The position numbers were made by a program, and so were the translations under genes. Source: Asterias rubens (lineage: Eukaryota). From it: a DNA stretch of 64,000 nucleotides. Shown here piece after piece: positions 14,801-26,846 of this stretch. Positions within the stretch are counted from its first letter, which is position 1. Each line of letters starts with the position of its first letter. Where the stretch lies: contig NC_047070.1 of NCBI RefSeq assembly GCF_902459465.1, positions 19,468,001 through 19,532,000 of the forward strand, given 5' to 3'. Under the pieces are notes generated by a model. The model made no database searches. It saw nothing but the letters and a program-made list of their open reading frames with translations, and had not been told where the DNA came from.

Positions 14801-17800
14801 CGATAAATGATACAAAGTTAGATCTAACTGCTCGGCACTGTGGCTTATAAATCATTCACAATCCATCTGTATAGAGAAACTCTTTTTATTTGGCAACCTT
14901 TCAGTCTGACTGTTCGTGTATTAAATGGGTCATTTACTTGACGGTTGTGCGCTTTTAATGCACTGGATCGTGATTATTCGTTGATAAAAGCAAATCCATG
15001 GAAAACCTTGCATAATAGATCGTTAAAATTAATGCAATGCTAAAACAGTGCAAATTATTTCTTTTAATCAATTGAATGATCAAAGGCAGTAGAATCACAA
15101 GACCATTTTACTTTCTATTTGAGATTTCACAGGAAAACTGTTTGATAATTTATTTTTGGAGTGAACATTAAAAATGCACGTCATAGCATGATTATTATAA
15201 ATATTGATTTTTAAGATGTATGTGGAAAGAGTCAATTGAACCAAACAGGTTTTCCAGTTGAGTCCATACATGGCAATGCATGGTGTAGTTTCTAGATGCA
15301 ATATACCGCAGAGAAAGAACTTCAGGTTTGGGATAATATTGTCGATCCGACGCTGTGAGACCTTGCAACTTGATGAGCCTTGTTATATAGACCAGTTATA
15401 ATATATAAAGACACCCTACCTCCATCTATAAATACCAGGCATTTCATCTTAATCTGTTTTCAAACATGAATGCAACTTCCTCTTAGCTGGATTTTAGCGT
15501 AACCCAAACATTTCTTTTGAATATATTGAAATGTAGTGATTAGATTACAAATGTTTGTTTAACCAAGAAGGAATGTTCCTGTCAATAATTAAGGTATAAT
15601 CATAGATAATTGAAAACAGTGGACACTATTGGTAATTGTCAAAGACCAGTCTTCTCACTAATGGTGTATCTCAACATATGCAGAAAATAATAAACCTGTG
15701 AAAATTTGAGCTCGATTGGTCGTCGGAGTTGCGAGATAATAATGAAAGAAAAAAGCACCCCTGTCACACGAAGTTGTGTGCTTTCATAATGCTTGATTTC
15801 AAGACCTCAAATTCTAAACTTGAGGTCTCGAAATCAAATTCGTTGAAAATTACTTCTTTCTCGAAAACTACGTCACTTCTGAGGGAGCTGTTTCTCACAA
15901 TGTTTTATACTATCAACCTATCCCCATTACTTATTACCAAATGAGGTTTTACGCTGATAATAATGTTGAGTAATTACCAATAGTGTCCACTGCCTTTAAT
16001 GCATAAAGAAACGACACTCATTCTCAATCTTGTGGAGAAGGCTACTCATCTGGTGTAAACACGGCATAAAAGGCACTGGACACTTTTGGTAATTACTCAA
16101 AACAACTTTTAGCATAAAACCTTACTTGGTAACGAGTAATTACCAAGTACAAAATCGAATAGTTATAAAAGGATTTTTGTTTTTTATATTTTTTAATTTA
16201 TTGGACAATATTTCAAATATCGTTTGCCATCAGGGTGAAATATCTCACACCTGAAGTAAAAGGAGTTTGACACGATGCCCTCGAACCTTTCTGTGAACCG
16301 TTCCAAGGTTAGAGTCATTGTTTCTCATAAAGATATTAACTATAGAGGGATAAAGAACAATTATTGGTTATCTGTAATCAATTAATTATTGTACATGAAC
16401 GTGACTGAATCTGACTATAGCAGATGTCGATGTGGTGTGTTGTGGCTGGGTATCGGATGATCCTACGAGTGAGTTGTATTCTAGGTCAAGTACGATGGCT
16501 GTTTGAAAATTATTCTTCACAAATTATCGTTTAAGGTTGATGGTTGAAATAATTAAACAGATAATACAGTTTGTGGTGAAAAATACAAAGAACTTGAAGT
16601 GTTATTAAGATTGGTGCATTAAAGCTTTCACAGCAGAAAATAGTGCTTAAAGTCACCTGGAAGTGGTATTTTTTCAAAATAAAGCTTTTGTCACTAATAA
16701 ATGTGTTTTGATGAGTGGAATGTGAATAAACAGTTAACTAAGGTTTTAAAAACTCAGTTCTTATGTTATTTACAAATTTAAGAGTAGACCCCGACCCGAG
16801 AGGCCGGTGTTCGTGACGTCAATCGAGGCAGATATTGCCTGTAATGCGTAGAGTAAACACAATTGCAAAGTACATGTACGGACCAAGTCGTGAGTTTGTA
16901 CGTTTAAAAAAAAAAATGTTTTTTTCCCGGCAATGCCGACCAGGTGTATTGCTGCTGAATGCAGAAAAACACTTTTAGAAATGTACCAACTCACGACTTG
17001 GACGTACATGTACTTTGCACGTGTGTTTACTATACGCATTGCAGGCAAAGTCTGCCTCGATTGACGTCACAAAAGGGGTAGGCGGAGTCAGCCCCCCAAA
17101 CAACTTTATGTATTTTTTAAACATATAAATCGTGACAAACAATTACTAAAAAATTTGTTTTATTGTTCGTAAGCATATACTCTTATGTTTGAAAGAAAAA
17201 AAAATCTATTTCCAGGTGACTTTAACGATTTTCGGCTTAGCAGAAATAAACAGCATACCAGCCACAACTTGTACATATGACATGGTAGTTTGTCTGGTAA
17301 CCTTATTCTGGTGAGCATAATTTTGTTGTGGTTAACTAGTTTTGGGGCGTAAAGCAGCTCTATAAAATTGGGCCCAGGTCTCTCGCCGAAAAAAAAGTGT
17401 AAAACATAAACACAAACTGGACTACATAATCATTACACGGCCCTTTAATCGTTATTATGTGCGCATATTGAAATCAAATCATAGTCTAGCATTATACCAC
17501 ATGAATGAAAACTCGTCTTGTCTGAAGTCATTCCTTCTTCAAACCAAACTAATTTGATACTATCAGATTAAACAATAGCCCAATCGTAATAAAGTGTTTA
17601 TGTGCATTGAGTGGCTTCTAAGCAGGCTTGTCATTTAATTAGTACGTGCCAGTGACTTGAATCTAGCTGTTAATGATTACACGTGGTATCGAGACTCGAG
17701 ACGCTTTGCTTCACTAAGTTTGCAGTCAGTGCAGGGAGAAATTTACTATAAATGTGGACTCGGAAAGTCTTTTATATAAAATGCCAAGAATTGAATAGTA

Positions 17801-20800
17801 TATTTAATGACAAATTATCTCTACGAAAGTTGAGTGACGAAAAAAATGAGACGGTTTTTGTGTGGCTATATGTAAACTTAGCAACGGTAAACATCCTTGT
17901 AAATTATAAACAAAACAAGAGCAGGTTAAATATGGACACTTTGCTTCATTAAAAGGGAAATTAATCCATCAGTCACTTTGTGCAGAGAAGAGTTTATCAT
18001 GACAAACTTTCACAACTTAATCCCGATAATTGGTTTTCTTAAAACAAACCATAAAAATGTGTAACTTTCTTTAAAAAAGAGACGTGACCCATTATCTATA
18101 GTACGCCATGATTTTACACAATAATGATGTTCACAATAAAGACGTGATTTCTTCATCATGCTCTAGGCTTGAATATTAAGGGTTTTTTTCTCCTTACACG
18201 AAAATGACCAAAAAAATATAGCATTTTGGAAACATGGCCGTTGTATTGCCGACACTATTCAATATGATCACTGTCCTAAAATAGTGACCACTCAGTTACT
18301 TTGTCCTCTAGCACAATGCAAAGTTTCATAGACAAATGGCATGTGGTCATGAAGTACCATGCACCCACTTTGCTATATTTAAATTACAATTAAATAAAAC
18401 TGCAGTCCAAAATGGTTGCTAAAACTAACGGACATATGTTATTGATTTTTGATTCACAGAAATTTCATTAAGCTGAGCATTTGGTTAATTATATTCGGTA
18501 ATGTAGCGTTGAATATCTACTTGTAATTCAGTGAATGCAGATTAAAATCACAGAGGCTAAGGATGTAGAGGGTGGGGGATGGAAATAATCGTTAGGACCT
18601 CAAGGTCTGTAAAAGGTTAACAGAGATATGTAGAGAGACACAGAGAAGATGCTTGGGGCTGTATCGGATATTTTCATTCACGATTTCTGTATGTCTTTAT
18701 TTTTATCATAATTTTTTGGGGGATACTTTTCTACTTATTATTAATATACTTAATGATAAAACAATTATTATTATTAATTATCGTAATTAAGGTTTTTTAA
18801 CATAATATCAAATTGTTGTTGTTGTTAAAGGCAGTGGACACTGTTGATAACTACTCTAAATGATTATTATAAAACCTTACTTGCTGGTAACGAGTAATGG
18901 GGAGTTGTTGATAGTATAAAACATTGTGGAAAACGGATCCCTCTGAAATGACGTAGTTTACGAGAAAAAAAGTAATTTTCCACGAATTTGATTTCGAGAC
19001 CTCAGATTTAGAATTTGGAAATCAAGCATCTGAAAGCACACAACTTCGTGTGGCAAGGGTGTTTTTTTCTTCCATTATTGTATCGCAACTTCTACGACGA
19101 ATTGAGCTCAATATTTCACACAGGTTTGTTATTTTATGCATATGTTGAGATACACCAAGTGAGAAGACTGGTCTTTGACAATTACCAATAGCGTCCGGTG
19201 TCTTTAAGTTGTGTGCCTTTGTTCCGAAAGGGGATTCTGCAAGTCAATGTTCGTCAATACTTTACTGTACATGTTTAATGATGTAAACCGTGATATAAAG
19301 ACATAACAGTGAACATGGCGGAAGTTTTTACATTATTACCAACGTGTCCTCCTTTACTTGGACCGGGATGTATAGGTAGCGTGCCATCATTACATAATGA
19401 GGTAAATTATACTGAATTGTAATAATAATAATATTATTGTTGTTGTTGTTGTTGTAGATTACCCTTTGATTCCATCCCCTAACATTTACCAAATCAAAAC
19501 TTACTAAATATATAGTGATCTAAGAGTGGACGCATCAATCAATTGATTACATTTGCTGAGGTTGCATGATGTCTGATGACATCCGCCTTGTTAATGATAA
19601 ATTGCGATTACAATTCAATTTAAGTTTAACTAATGGATTTCTTTTGAAAGTATGAAACACCTCATTGAAAACTGGACCGCTCTTTAAAACAAATCACAAT
19701 ATATTAACCTGTGTGAACTTGGAAAACAACTTTATCATTCCGACATGCTTCGCCTTAGGTTAAAGGAAACACATCCATTATAACGGTACATTTTCACTAC
19801 AGGCAACTACACATCATTACACCCAACTCTACACATGACGCCCCGGGTAAAACAATGTTCTGATTTCAGATTATACATTAAGTCTTAAAGAATAATTCAA
19901 CACAGTCCTCATGAGACACGATTTCTTGATTCTCATTTGACTAATTCATGACTAATTGTAATAGATTCTGTTTAATTGGTAATCTAGAAGGGAATCGTGC
20001 TAGCTTGGGTGTCGACAGGTTATCGATTTAAATTCTTATAATGGGTCTGATTTGTTTGACTTGCTAAAACTACTACGTGTTTGAATTAAGAGCTAGAAGC
20101 TGAGAAGATGTTTCAGGTCTGGAGTTAAGTGTTAAGTGAAGAAATTTAACAACGTGGACAAGAGTGTAGAGCACGATGACTCCGCGATAATTTATGTATT
20201 GTATTTCTGGTGGATTCCACTTGGGATAAAAACACACTGGAACGCACACATGCCTAAATAAACGAATCTCACTGAGATGAGTCAATTAGGAACCAAACTT
20301 TTAGGACAACGTTCTAAAAAAAACAATTGCCATTGCTCATTGTACTTGTTTGAGAATGCCATGGGGTGCAACAAACATGGTCTTCAATACTTATTCTAAA
20401 ATATTGATTGACAAGTTGAGCTTTCTTATGATGAGATAAATTACGAAGCAGACTCTTGGATTTGAGTAGAGAAAATGTGGAGATTTGGAGGTTTATCAGG
20501 GAAATCTTGTTGGGTTTAGTCTGTTAGGTAGTACTTGGAAGTTGCTTATCACACATCAGTGTAATCCCAAAATTCCGTATTCCCGATTACTCAATTCCAA
20601 TATCAAGGACTCGTTATTCTTCCTTTCTACTTCCTCTTGTTTTTCAAAATTACTCTTGATTTTTAGAGGAGATTTTCAAATTACAATTGCAGACAGATGA
20701 GCTTTATCCCTATACGTCAAACCCAAGATTAGGATGGATCATATTTCACTAATGAAATTATGCTTTTTGTATATTCAAAGAAAATGTCCGCAGTGTTTTT

Positions 20801-23800
20801 ATTTGGGACTGTCCAATCTCCCTTGGGTGTCCTATCTACAGGGAGGTTTCCTCTAAAGCTACCATAGTATACCTATGATGCAGAACTAGATAGCCTCCCT
20901 ATGGTTTATGTACACCTGGTCATAAGCTCACGGCCACCTATTGCGTCTCTAATTGATAAGGACAGAGAAACATAGCTATGGCAGTTATTATTAAATAGCC
21001 CTCCTCCCATTTGGACATGTGAAACAACCAGACTCTAAATTTGAATCTTATTAGATATCAGCGACCCATAAGACGGGATGTCAAAACAGTGTACACATCC
21101 CTACTTCAATATCATCAGGAATGCGAGCGATGAAAAGTGTCATATAGGTCTCCATGTGAGAATTATTACGTGCTGCTTTAAAACCTTTAGTCCAAATTGT
21201 AACAAAATGTGATTTTTTTTTTGGTAGGATGCGTGTAGTCTATTGAAGGAGGTGTAATAACAGCGAAGGATACTAAAGAATTTAATATTAATAGGCGACT
21301 CGCTGTTTTACAATATATTTTACATTTATAAACGGAGAGAATGATACACAAAACCCAAGCCTTTTGTATTTTTATTTTTTATAATGTCATCCAGATGTGA
21401 ATTATAGAGTACCGATATACAACAAAAGATATGGAGACAACATAAAAATATTCCTCAAATTATCATTTAAAGGAAAGGTACACGTTTGGAAATTACTCAA
21501 AACAAATATTAACTTAAAAACTGACTTGGTAACGAGCATTGCGAGAAACGGCTCCCTCTGAAGTAGCATGGATGTTGAAATAGAGATAAGTCTCACTAAA
21601 ATAATAAAAGACTCCTAGCTAGAAGTCTTTTATTCCAATCTGAAAGCACACAAATTCGTCCAACAAGGTCGTTTATTCTTTCATCATTTCCTCCCAACTC
21701 TGATGACTAATTGAGCTCAAATTTTCACAGGTTTGTTATTTTATGCATATGTTGAGATCTACCAAGTGAGAACACTGGTCTTTGACAATTACAAATAGTG
21801 TACCTTGTTGTCTATAGCGTGGATAACGTTTCTGTTCCGTGGTAGATATATATATAGATATAAGTCTGTGAGCTACATTTGCTTAGTTCAAAAACAAGTT
21901 TTGAGAGGAAACAAGTGATGATGTGTTGTGATAATGTGTACATCGAAAGTGCCTTTGTTGATGTAAGTTCCACATCAAGTGGTCAACTCTAAAGTCATAC
22001 ATCAATCAATCACCAAACTGAATTAAAACAAGCCGCGACAGAACAAGACGCCGACAAGATCCCAAGCAAAGACGTTTCTGCTTGGATAACTCAAAACAAA
22101 TATTTTAAAATAAACTCTTAATCTTTAAAAAAAGAAAGACGTATAGCCCTTTTGATTTTACCATCGTTGTTTTTATTTCAAAATACCGAACTAGAGGCTC
22201 TCCTAAAATCAACTGAAAGAAAAGTCTTAAATAATGCCCTGGTGGATTTTCTTTGATAGATTTACCATAGTACCTTAGGAAAAGTCTGTTAAGCTTATCA
22301 TCCTGTTTTTACCCAATTATTATCATTGAGAACATCGCAACCTTCCATTTAAAATGACGAAAACTGGATGTTATGTCTTTACTATAATTCGGTTTTATAT
22401 CAAGGGGATTGATTGATATCGAGTTACTTATCGTGGCTTATATGTCAATATGGTAAATTCATCTTATGGTAATATCCAATCAAAACCTATAACATTGCTT
22501 ACGTCATCAAGTTGTAGTTGCATCATTTTAACTGAGACCCTAGCACACCAGACTGTGGATGTTTCTTTTGTATAATTTCTAGGGTATTTTTTTAGATGTA
22601 CGACTAAGAAATGTATAGAACATTAATTTAGAAAGATAAATTGAACAGATATGTACATAAACTTAAACACCGTTCTAGTTTGATCACACACTGTCATTGA
22701 CTTAAAGGTGTGGATTATCAAAATAAATCTAAATTAATAGCCCACCTTTGAACATTACGTCATAAGTGTAAGCCATATTTTACAAAATTAATATTATAAC
22801 TACTCTCTCATTTAACTTTAATTTGTTTCAGTCATTAATTATTTGTTCTTTTAGTTGTAAAAATCATCTATAGTCAATCTCATTATTTCCTAAAGTTTCC
22901 AATGATTATGATTATGATTTAAGATGCTAATTCACCTTGCAACAGTAAATAAGACGTCGTTAGATTATCATTATCATTACCTCGGGCAAAGAAAAGGGCC
23001 ACACACACACACTCTCCTCCACCCATTAAAGGGATGTGCATCTTTGGTCATCACTTAATCTTTTTCATCCTACTGTTATTGAGGAGCTCGTTAACTAGTA
23101 CAATGACGGTAAACATAGACTTTTTACACCTTTAAATTTCCGTTCAAAGGTGTGTCTGAACTGGTTAAGAATTTTCTGTTTTGGGAATAAATAAATATAC
23201 ACATTGAAAATTCTTTATACTTTAATAACTATTTCAAGCCCACTAGTCAATTACTTTTAGGCACTTAATACTAAAATATACACTCTGTGAAAATACTCCG
23301 TGACAAACGATGTTTCGACTGTCAACAATGCAATCTTACGTTTTAATCAAGATTGCCAATGGTGCGTTCTGCAGTCTTACTTCCTGACAATATCTGACTG
23401 TCTCACTGAATATCTCTCAACTCTTCACCATTGTTGAGGTTGTTCTTTTTGCTGAGTGTATATTGTGTTTTATATCCGTTTACATGCGTGAGACTACACT
23501 TTGAGAATCAAGAGAAGTTCATTAGATTTGTCGAGCCCGGAATTGGGAAGCTGAAATTACAAGACATGGGAGTTGACGCGCAGGATGGCCACACTCGTAT
23601 TGGTTGTATCAAGTTGCCATTTGGGTTGATGGTTTGACTGTGAAATTAGTTTTGATTTTGATTAACAGAATACGGAGGGAATTAGTCATTGACAAGGGAA
23701 GTGAAAGTGCTGTTACGTAACAAACAGGTTGTTAACTAATAAATGTTCAGCCAATTAGATCAGTTAAATGAGCTTTAGCAGCATTTCTGCATTAAGTTAC

Positions 23801-25433
23801 CCTAAAGACGAGCATGCAAAACAAAAACGGTTGGAAACGTCGAAACCCTGCTTTCTCAACCACAGTTCACAACCAACACTTCTCACAAAGTGTTGCCATG
23901 GTTGTGACTCAAACATACCGATCGCTCTAAATTAAAAAAATTGGACACTATTGGTAATTGTCTAAGACCAGTCTTTTCACTTGATGTATCTCAAAGCAAG
24001 CATAAAATAACAAACCTGTGAAAATTTGAGCTCAATCGGTTGTCGAAATTGCGAGATAATAATGAAAGAAAAAACACCCCTGTCACACGAAGTTGTGTGC
24101 TTTCAGATGCTTGATTTTCGAGACCTCAAATTCTAAATCTGAGGTCTCGAAATCAAATTCGTGGAAAATTACTTCTTTCTTGAAAACTACGTTACTTCAG
24201 AGGGAGCTGTTTCTCACAATGTTTTATACCAACAACCTCTCCCCATTACTTGTTACCAAATAAGGATTTATGCTAATAATTATTTTGAATAATTACCAAC
24301 AGTATCCACTGCCTTTAAATGCAATTTGAATATACATAAAACAGCTTACCATAATTTATCATAGTGATTACGAGTAGGGTGATTCGCTGAATGTGTGCAA
24401 GATTGAGCTACGGTTATAATAACGGTACTATAATGAATATTTCCACAAGATCAAACTAACATGTTTATGATAATTGATGACACATTTGGACAGCTTGATT
24501 TGTTGTTTCAGAGTTCAACCTACAATCAGCACAAAGCTACCATAAGACACCAATTGTATCTTGTCTACTTTGACTCTCGGTTGACTTCAAGGCAATTTAA
24601 TAAACGAATTATTCAAACGACTGCTGCTACTGAGCGGTCATTCGGAAATATAGGTCAATAAAGTTGATCAAGTGGAATCAAAAAGACTGCTGATCTTTCA
24701 AAAACGTCGAAACGATAGAAAAAATGACAGAATGTAGTGAGGGAAAGAATAGTACATTGAAGTCATTGCACTTCGGAACAGAGGTACACGTTGGGAGACA
24801 ATTTTACCGAGCCCCATTACGATGACCTTTACAGATGTATTGGTGAGCAGTTTATCTAATCATTGCTTGGAATGATGAAAAAATAGTCTCGATTTTATTA
24901 CAACTGATGCCTTATTCATAAAATAATAAAGGTTTAGGTTGTCTTTGTTATGGGTAATTCTGTTCATAAAAATCTTAGTCACGATTGAAATCAAATGTAA
25001 CATACTGAAATTAATAACACATGATTATAATTTAAAGAAATTAAAAAAATAAAACACATCTTCAAGCACTCACTCCAAACAAACAAACAAACAAACAAAC
25101 AAAAAAAACAAACAAACAAACAAACTAACTAACATACAAACGCATAAAAATGAACACACAAGTACGAATAGTGTAGAAAATTTAAAACAATTGCCGGCAT
25201 AATGCGTATACACAAGCTGATATCACACGCATTGGTACCGAACTCTGCATGAGTTGTGCTTTGAGACCTGATAAACGCTTTATAGATTGGATGGATTTCC
25301 TTATGATTGTATATGTATTTCATTTTGACCAGAATATTTGATAGTGGACGATTCTTATTTTACCTTTAGTGTTAAACAGCAAGAGTACAATCCAAACCAC
25401 AGCTCGTTGTGACGTCTGCAATCCAACAGGCAT
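5179..25433 (-). CDS. Nicotinic acetylcholine receptor-like Cys-loop channel subunit (alpha7/9/10-like M2, non-alpha loop C), about 515 aa; exons 25364-25433, 10390-10538, 9398-9442, 7882-7991, 7251-7453, 6494-6832, 5179-5810
   Basis: All junctions are GT-AG with compatible phases (1548 nt). Motifs seen: VRPV, W-x-PD-x-x-LYN, Cys-loop CTMDVTNFPFDRQKC, M2 GEKVSLGITVLLSLTVFLLLVAE, and MA/M4 EWKQVAMMVDRVF. The 45-nt and 110-nt exon sizes are typical of nAChR genes. Exon 1 is the least certain. Confidence 0.93.
6269..6420. mobile_element. PIF/Harbinger-like palindromic MITE family F (GGGTGCGTTCG ends)
   Basis: About 45-bp TIRs, TTA/ATA flanks, internal hairpin CCAGGACGAACGTG...CACGTTCGTCCTGG. 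Confidence 0.75.
6494..6832 (-). CDS. nAChR exon 6 (loop C, M1, M2)
   Basis: GEW...YLIMPC...ESGEKVSLGITVLLSLTVF; phase 1-1, donor GTAAGG. Confidence 0.96.
7018..7057 (+). ncRNA. Hammerhead-like motif, partly decayed, in an nAChR intron (antisense to the gene)
   Basis: CUC-UUGAAGA-C-AAUCAG(AGCAUA)CUGAUC-GAAA-C-GUU^GAG. Confidence 0.5.
7251..7453 (-). CDS. nAChR exon 5 (Cys-loop and loop B)
   Basis: CTMDVTNFPFDRQKCTVTFGPW; phase 2 in, phase 1 out. Confidence 0.95.
7882..7991 (-). CDS. nAChR exon 4, 110 nt (RWIDEYLVWEP...WMPDLWLYN)
   Basis: AAACAG acceptor, GTAAGT donor, loop A motif. Confidence 0.95.
8015..8170. mobile_element. Internally deleted MITE A/B, nearly palindromic
   Basis: TTAAAGGAAAAGGTACACG...GTGTCCAGTGTCTTTAA with two right-type subterminal arms. 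Confidence 0.8.
8828..8955. repeat. 43-bp tandem repeat, 3 copies
   Basis: AGGACGCAGTCTGTGAACATCTGAACCATACGTAGGGAGATAT units at 8831, 8874 and 8917. Confidence 0.95.
9398..9442 (-). CDS. nAChR exon 3, 45 nt (DERLETFKINAWLTM), not in the ORF track
   Basis: TTCATTTACAG acceptor, GTGAGA donor, phase 0-0, contains the loop D Trp. Confidence 0.93.
9831..10203 (-). mobile_element. MITE family A
   Basis: Reverse-oriented full internal sequence, degraded ends. Confidence 0.88.
10390..10538 (-). CDS. nAChR exon 2 (LFASEPHRRLRHDLF...VRPV...VLDV)
   Basis: Acceptor TAATCAG, donor GTAAGT, conserved N-terminal helix and VRPV motif. Confidence 0.95.
11316..11703 (+). mobile_element. MITE family A, full length, TTAA both sides
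   Basis: TTAA-AGGCAGTGGACACTATTGGTAA...CCAATAGTGTCCACTGTCT-TTAA; internal hairpin GAGACCTCAAGTTTAGAACTTGAGG. Confidence 0.93.
12221..12360 (+). mobile_element. tRNA-derived SINE fragment
   Basis: AGAATTGCAAAGGTCGTGGGTTTGAATCCCACC followed by CCTGTGATTT, as at 2471-2650. Confidence 0.7.
13502..13850. repeat. Degenerate tandem duplication, about 200-bp unit
   Basis: GTCTCCATCTTTTAGCTGCAA...TTAAAACCATAC...ATACTGAATTCC occurs twice. Confidence 0.75.
15611..15999 (-). mobile_element. MITE family A
   Basis: Same TIRs and body; a partial left end follows at 16068-16140. Confidence 0.9.
16647..17225. mobile_element. Kolobok-like MITE family D with a THAP-start remnant
   Basis: TTAA-AGTCACCTGGAA...TTCCAGGTGACT-TTAA; internal inverted arms (TGACGTCAATCGAGGCAG / CTGCCTCGATTGACGTCA); MPTRCIAAECRKT at 16933-16971. 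Confidence 0.82.
18825..19207 (+). mobile_element. MITE family A
   Basis: TTAA-flanked full copy. Confidence 0.9.
21467..21805 (+). mobile_element. MITE subfamily B (AGGGAAGGTACACG-type end)
   Basis: B-type left end, shared right subterminal region. Confidence 0.85.
23942..24318 (-). mobile_element. MITE family A
   Basis: Reverse full body. Confidence 0.9.
25076..25128. repeat. (AAAC)n microsatellite just inside nAChR intron 1
   Basis: Seen directly. Confidence 0.9.
25364..25433 (-). CDS. nAChR exon 1 (signal peptide MPVGLQTSQRAVVWIVLLLFNTK-G)
   Basis: GTCACCATG start context, hydrophobic core, phase-1 donor G|GTAAAAT matching the exon 2 acceptor to give ...NTKGLFA-SEPHRRL. Implies a 14.8-kb first intron. 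Confidence 0.72.
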
Positions 25434-26065
25434 GGTGACTCGTTTTCAAGTTATTCAAATGAAGCAGCTTTTCTCAAACTAGATAAACCGGATGGCTTCT
25501 ATACCACTCAACCATTTCCTCTGAAGAAAGTTGAAAGCTTAGTTGATGTACACACGTGGCTAAGTTGAGTTCCTTTCCATTGTGACTATGACTTCACTAA
25601 CATAGATTTCTCTCTCGCTAGAAGTTCAACTTCAAATAACATCAGCGATTGTGAGTGTAATTTTTTTCGTAAGTCATTTATTTTAATAAAAAAAAATAAA
25701 AAAAGGTACACTTCTTCCCACAATTCGGATGAATCAGCTCCTTTCCATACTGAGTCCAACAAAGAAGCCTGTGTTGATACTTTTGACAGACATCTCATTT
25801 ACGGTAACATATCATCCTGTTAAGCAAAAACGATGAGACCTTACTGTGTGTAGTTAAAGTTCTACGTCCCACAGATTGGATACCCTTTGTACATAGTCAG
25901 TAGATAGCGAAATGGTAACACCTGGCCTTCAGTGCGTGCTTCATATTCGTCACTTTGCGCAAGCGTGTTTTACTACTGCTAATGGTTTCGTGCTCTGTTA
26001 CTAAAGCCCGCCCTCTGTGGATTATTAAATCACAGCTGGACAAACATAAGGGGTCATCAATTCGA

Positions 26066-26505
26066 TACTCAGATCTGAACATGTATTATTTTGTTATAGG
26101 GGCGTGGCGTACATGTGCATGCAGTCGCATAGTAATAATTTGTTCTTGGTTATCCACTTATCTTTAGCTGTGAAACTCCAATGTCTGAACAAAATTCATT
26201 TCATGTTCACAACTCGCCACTCCTCTTGGCTACTCGCTGCCATTTTCAATGTCCCTGAATTCCTATTAGATCTCATTCACCAACGACTCAGTACTAAGAT
26301 CTGTACATGTATTATTTTATTTAGAGGCGTGTCGTACATGCAGTCGCATAGTAATATCATTGTTTCTTGGTTATCCATCTATCTTTATAGCTGTGCCACT
26401 CCACTGCCTGAAACACTTGTCATTTCATTTGCACAACTCACCAGTCACTCCTCTGTGCTGCGCACTTCCATTTAACCCTGAGTTTCTAGATCGCCCATTC
26501 ACCCA
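26066..26505. repeat. Degenerate tandem duplication, about 225-bp unit
   Basis: AGATCTG(A/T)ACATGTATTATTTT...ATGCAGTCGCATAGTAAT...CTTGGTTATCCA occurs twice. Confidence 0.75.
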
Positions 26506-26654
26506 TCTTCTTTTCAATCTGCCTTCTCTTCGATAAGTGTCCATCTATTGTCTTTTCTATTTCGCAATGTGACGTGCTCATCTCATTTCCTCTACTGAAA
26601 CTTTAACAATGTTATCCTCCGTAAGCATTGAAGCTTTGCATGGTGTGGATAGAT

Positions 26655-26790
26655 AGGAAGAAACTATAAATAAATAGTAAACTTGCGAGTACAACCATGT
26701 GTAAATCTCTTGTGTGGGAGTGTGAGCTCTGAACAGAGCCGGAGTGGTCCCGACGTTTCGAGCAGTATACTCTGCTCGTCTTCAGGGGAA
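26655..26790 (-). mobile_element. Penelope-like element terminal (pseudo-LTR) fragment; related copies at 23799-23912(+), 7015-7105(+), 34925-34990(-), 40660-40745(-), 43370-43588, 50590-50825(-)
   Basis: Shared GAAACGTCG...TTCAGA...CATGGTTGTAC backbone downstream of a hammerhead motif. No RT or endonuclease ORF is present. Confidence 0.55.
26748..26789 (-). ncRNA. Minimal type-I hammerhead ribozyme motif with intact core, in a Penelope-like terminal fragment
   Basis: UCCC-CUGAAGA-C-GAGCAG(AGUAUA)CUGCUC-GAAA-C-GUC^GGGA: helix I 4 bp, helix II 6 bp, palindromic ACGU helix III. Confidence 0.72.
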
Positions 26791-26846
26791 TCATCAAGCT
26801 GCTCCATCACTCCGATGCTAAAGGAATTGCACTGGTTGCCCATTAA
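26791..26846 (+). mobile_element. L2/CR1 LINE ORF2 C-terminal fragment (SITPMLKELHWLPIK), cut by a MITE at TTAA
   Basis: Matches the HITP-x-L-x-x-LHWLP motif typical of L2/CR1 ORF2. Confidence 0.65.

Noticed and set aside
14540-14815. ORFs considered as nAChR exon 1
   Set aside because: No signal-peptide-like sequence ending at a phase-1 donor; 25364-25433 fits much better.
23431-23637. 68-aa ORF with a hydrophobic start in nAChR intron 1
   Set aside because: TTG start, no recognisable motif, no supporting splice partners.
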